From IMG/VR virus record IMGVR_UViG_3300027903_000008, positions 1 to 57,433 of that record: DNA of 57,433 bases, one strand, 5' to 3'. The notes beneath the pieces are model-generated. The model worked only from the letters and a program-made list of their open reading frames with translations. It was not told the DNA's origin and did no database searches. Position numbers and translations under genes: made by a program. Origin of the DNA: a virus (taxonomy: Duplodnaviria > Caudoviricetes). Shown here piece after piece: positions 55,487 through 57,433 of the stretch (its first letter is position 1; each line of letters starts with the position of its first letter).

Positions 55487-56508
55487 TTACCGACTCCAAT
55501 CAAAGGCAACGGACCGATTAAGGCGACTACTGGGACGTATGTGCCGATCAGACAACCAGCTCCGCCATTGCCGCCGATAGAGCTAGACCAGCCACCACCA
55601 CCACCACCACCACCACACAGGCCAGCATTGCCGGCGGAAGCGTTCGATCCTCCTGCACCACCGCCTCCGCCTGAGCCGTGTGTCGCGTCAAGGCCATCCG
55701 TCCCGGCTCCGCCTGCTCCGCCGCCGAAACCACCGCCACCACCACCACCACCACCACCGCTAGATCCGGCTCCGCCAACGGACGAGTTACCAGCTGTTCC
55801 ACCACCGGTCGAGGCAGAATTGTTTCCACCAGCCCCTCCTACCGTTGTCGAGGACGCAGCCCCACCAGCAGAGCCACCACCGGAGCCACCACCGCCCGAT
55901 CCAGAATTACCACTTGCTGTATTGCTACCCGCGCCACCAACGCCGTGGACGCCACCGGCACCGCCCCCACCGCACCCACCATTCGGGGAGCTACTGCTAC
56001 AGTCACCGCCCTTACCACCAGAGTTCTTAGTCGACCCGACGCCACTGCCAGAAGCGCCGCCGGCACCTCCTGTGTTTGCTGCCCCAGCGCCACCGCCTTT
56101 CGCTCCGACTTGAACAGCCGTCCCAGCGATCGAAGCGCAATTGGATGTCGAGTTGCAGATGTAAGTATCACCTCCAGCAGTCGCATTTATCGAACCAGAT
56201 GTCTGTCCTTTCACTCCTGCCGCGCCGACAGCAATAGTGACCGTCCCCGCCAGAGACACGTTCGTACTAGATGAGTATCCACCGCCGCCACCGCCGGCTC
56301 CCCCTTGAGCGCCAGGCCGGTTGCCGCCCCCACCTCCACCGTATGCTTCCCAGCTATTGTTAGCAGAGTTGTAATCACCAGGAATGGAAAGCGAGGTTTC
56401 CCCAGCCGCACAGTAAATGTACTTTGGGTTGGTGCCAGAAGTGATACAAGCTGCCCACGCCGGCAGTGCCGCTACTGCAAAAGCGGCGGCGAGGGCGAGG
56501 CGACGAAT
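55483..56508 (-). CDS. Glycine-rich protein with signal peptide
   Basis: YGGGGGG...GGGGGGYSS glycine-rich domain; RRLALAAAFAVAALPAWA signal; start codon uncertain (ATT at 56508 or GTG at 56571). Confidence 0.75.
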   Translation of the reverse strand: MRRLALAAAFAVAALPAWAACITSGTNPKYIYCAAGETSLSIPGDYNSANNSWEAYGGGGGGNRPGAQGGAGGGGGGYSSSTNVSLAGTVTIAVGAAGVKGQTSGSINATAGGDTYICNSTSNCASIAGTAVQVGAKGGGAGAANTGGAGGASGSGVGSTKNSGGKGGDCSSSSPNGGCGGGGAGGVHGVGGAGSNTASGNSGSGGGGSGGGSAGGAASSTTVGGAGGNNSASTGGGTAGNSSVGGAGSSGGGGGGGGGGFGGGAGGAGTDGLDATHGSGGGGGAGGSNASAGNAGLCGGGGGGGGWSSSIGGNGGAGCLIGTYVPVVALIGPLPLIGVGK

Positions 56509-56510
56509 GG

Positions 56511-56978
56511 CTAGAACTGCGCCCAAGTGATCACCCCTGACACCTGTACACCCGTGGAGAACAGTAGGCACACGTCGAAGTTGGCATTAGCCGTCTTCGC
56601 GATCTGTCCTACGCCGTCGCCCATCGTAAGACCGCCGTTCGCCGCGAACTGCCATCCGGTCGCAGCCGTCGTACCACCAGCCATCCCTGCCGTACTAGTA
56701 TCACACTCAGTGGTAGTCTTGGTACCCTCCACGAGAGCCACATTGACCGCCCCGGCGACCGGACCAATATTGATCGCACAGACATACACCTTCTTCGACG
56801 AAACCTTACTGATCAACTTAAGGCTCGTGGAGCTGCCGGCGTTGTTGATCGGTGTGCTAGTGGTAGCTTGCCCTTGGCAGTACTGTGGCTGCGCGGCGTT
56901 AATGGCCACTGCAGGCTGGGAGATCGTCCAGCAGACTATAAGGGCGACCATCGAGAAGATAGCCGCAGCGATCCGCAT
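56511..56978 (-). CDS. Signal-peptide-bearing structural-region protein
   Basis: [25 protein letters not shown]; KKVYVC...EGT...C...GWQFAANGG. Confidence 0.75.
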   Translation of the reverse strand: MRIAAAIFSMVALIVCWTISQPAVAINAAQPQYCQGQATTSTPINNAGSSTSLKLISKVSSKKVYVCAINIGPVAGAVNVALVEGTKTTTECDTSTAGMAGGTTAATGWQFAANGGLTMGDGVGQIAKTANANFDVCLLFSTGVQVSGVITWAQF

Positions 56979-57433
56979 CACAATACGATCCAATTACTCA
57001 CTCCGTCCGACATGAGGGGGATGTTGCTGCCGCTAGGACTCGCGTCTGTGAAGACGAACGTAGCTCCGCCGCCGATCGTGTCGGCTCCGTTCGGCGCGAT
57101 AGTATGGCTGTCGCCATTGCCGAGCGTCGTGGCGACGCTGATCTCACAGCCGGTGCAACCGGAAGCGGCGCTCGTGATAGTCGTCGTCTTGGCACCAGAC
57201 GACGCTGAGGACCATATCACCTGTTGCTTTCGCACTGCGGAAGCCGCGACGTTCTGTGTCGTACCGGTCGTAACGGCGATCACCGCAGCTGCGCCCGGCC
57301 CTGTCGGGCCTGTCGGGCCGGTAGGCCCTGTATTGCCGGTAGGCCCCGTCACAGTGGATGCGGCGCCGGCTGCACCGGTCGCACCGGTCGGTCCTGTAGG
57401 CCCAGTGTTGCCGGTTGGACCGGTTGGGCCTAT
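56978..57433 (-). CDS. Collagen-like fibre protein (5' end outside window)
   Basis: GPT triplets up to the window edge; C-terminal [12 protein letters not shown]...SDGVSNW domain. Confidence 0.85.
   Translation of the reverse strand: MGPTGPTGNTGPTGPTGATGAAGAASTVTGPTGNTGPTGPTGPTGPGAAAVIAVTTGTTQNVAASAVRKQQVIWSSASSGAKTTTITSAASGCTGCEISVATTLGNGDSHTIAPNGADTIGGGATFVFTDASPSGSNIPLMSDGVSNWIVL

Noticed and set aside
55592-55760. (CCA)n microsatellites
   Set aside because: They encode poly-Gly (GGT) tracts of the Gly-rich protein and are not a separate element.

Overview
The window is most of the genome of a tailed dsDNA phage with a podovirus-like layout. The host is very probably an alphaproteobacterium, judged from CTTGAC-N17-CTATAT-like promoters and GTTC-N7-GTTC LexA boxes. 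The minus-strand late genes are split between the two window ends. At 1-17680 lie the terminase, collagen and lyase fibres, portal, scaffold and major capsid. At 38489-57433 lie more collagen and beta-helix fibres, ejection proteins and a GNAT. This suggests a circularly permuted contig with part of the tail module outside the window. Early genes diverge from an AT-rich ~195-bp imperfect inverted repeat at ~23.4 kb. The plus-strand replication module encodes a PD-(D/E)XK nuclease, an AAA_24-like ATPase, an SSB-like protein, an HNH nuclease, a UDG-fused family A DNA polymerase and a DUF3987-like helicase. Highlights: (1) PolA is split into two genes by five small ORFs; (2) an inverted cassette encodes a 922-aa GT2-TPR-propeller-methyltransferase that may glycosylate the phage's four Gly-X-Thr collagen proteins; (3) three LexA boxes precede a lone HTH gene; (4) a candidate sRNA is complementary to a ribosome-binding motif shared by four phage genes; (5) many fibre-like genes carry signal peptides; (6) there are HiPIP-like and Rmf-like mini-proteins and several structured non-coding elements. 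All functional calls come from reading motifs by eye; no database searches were run.
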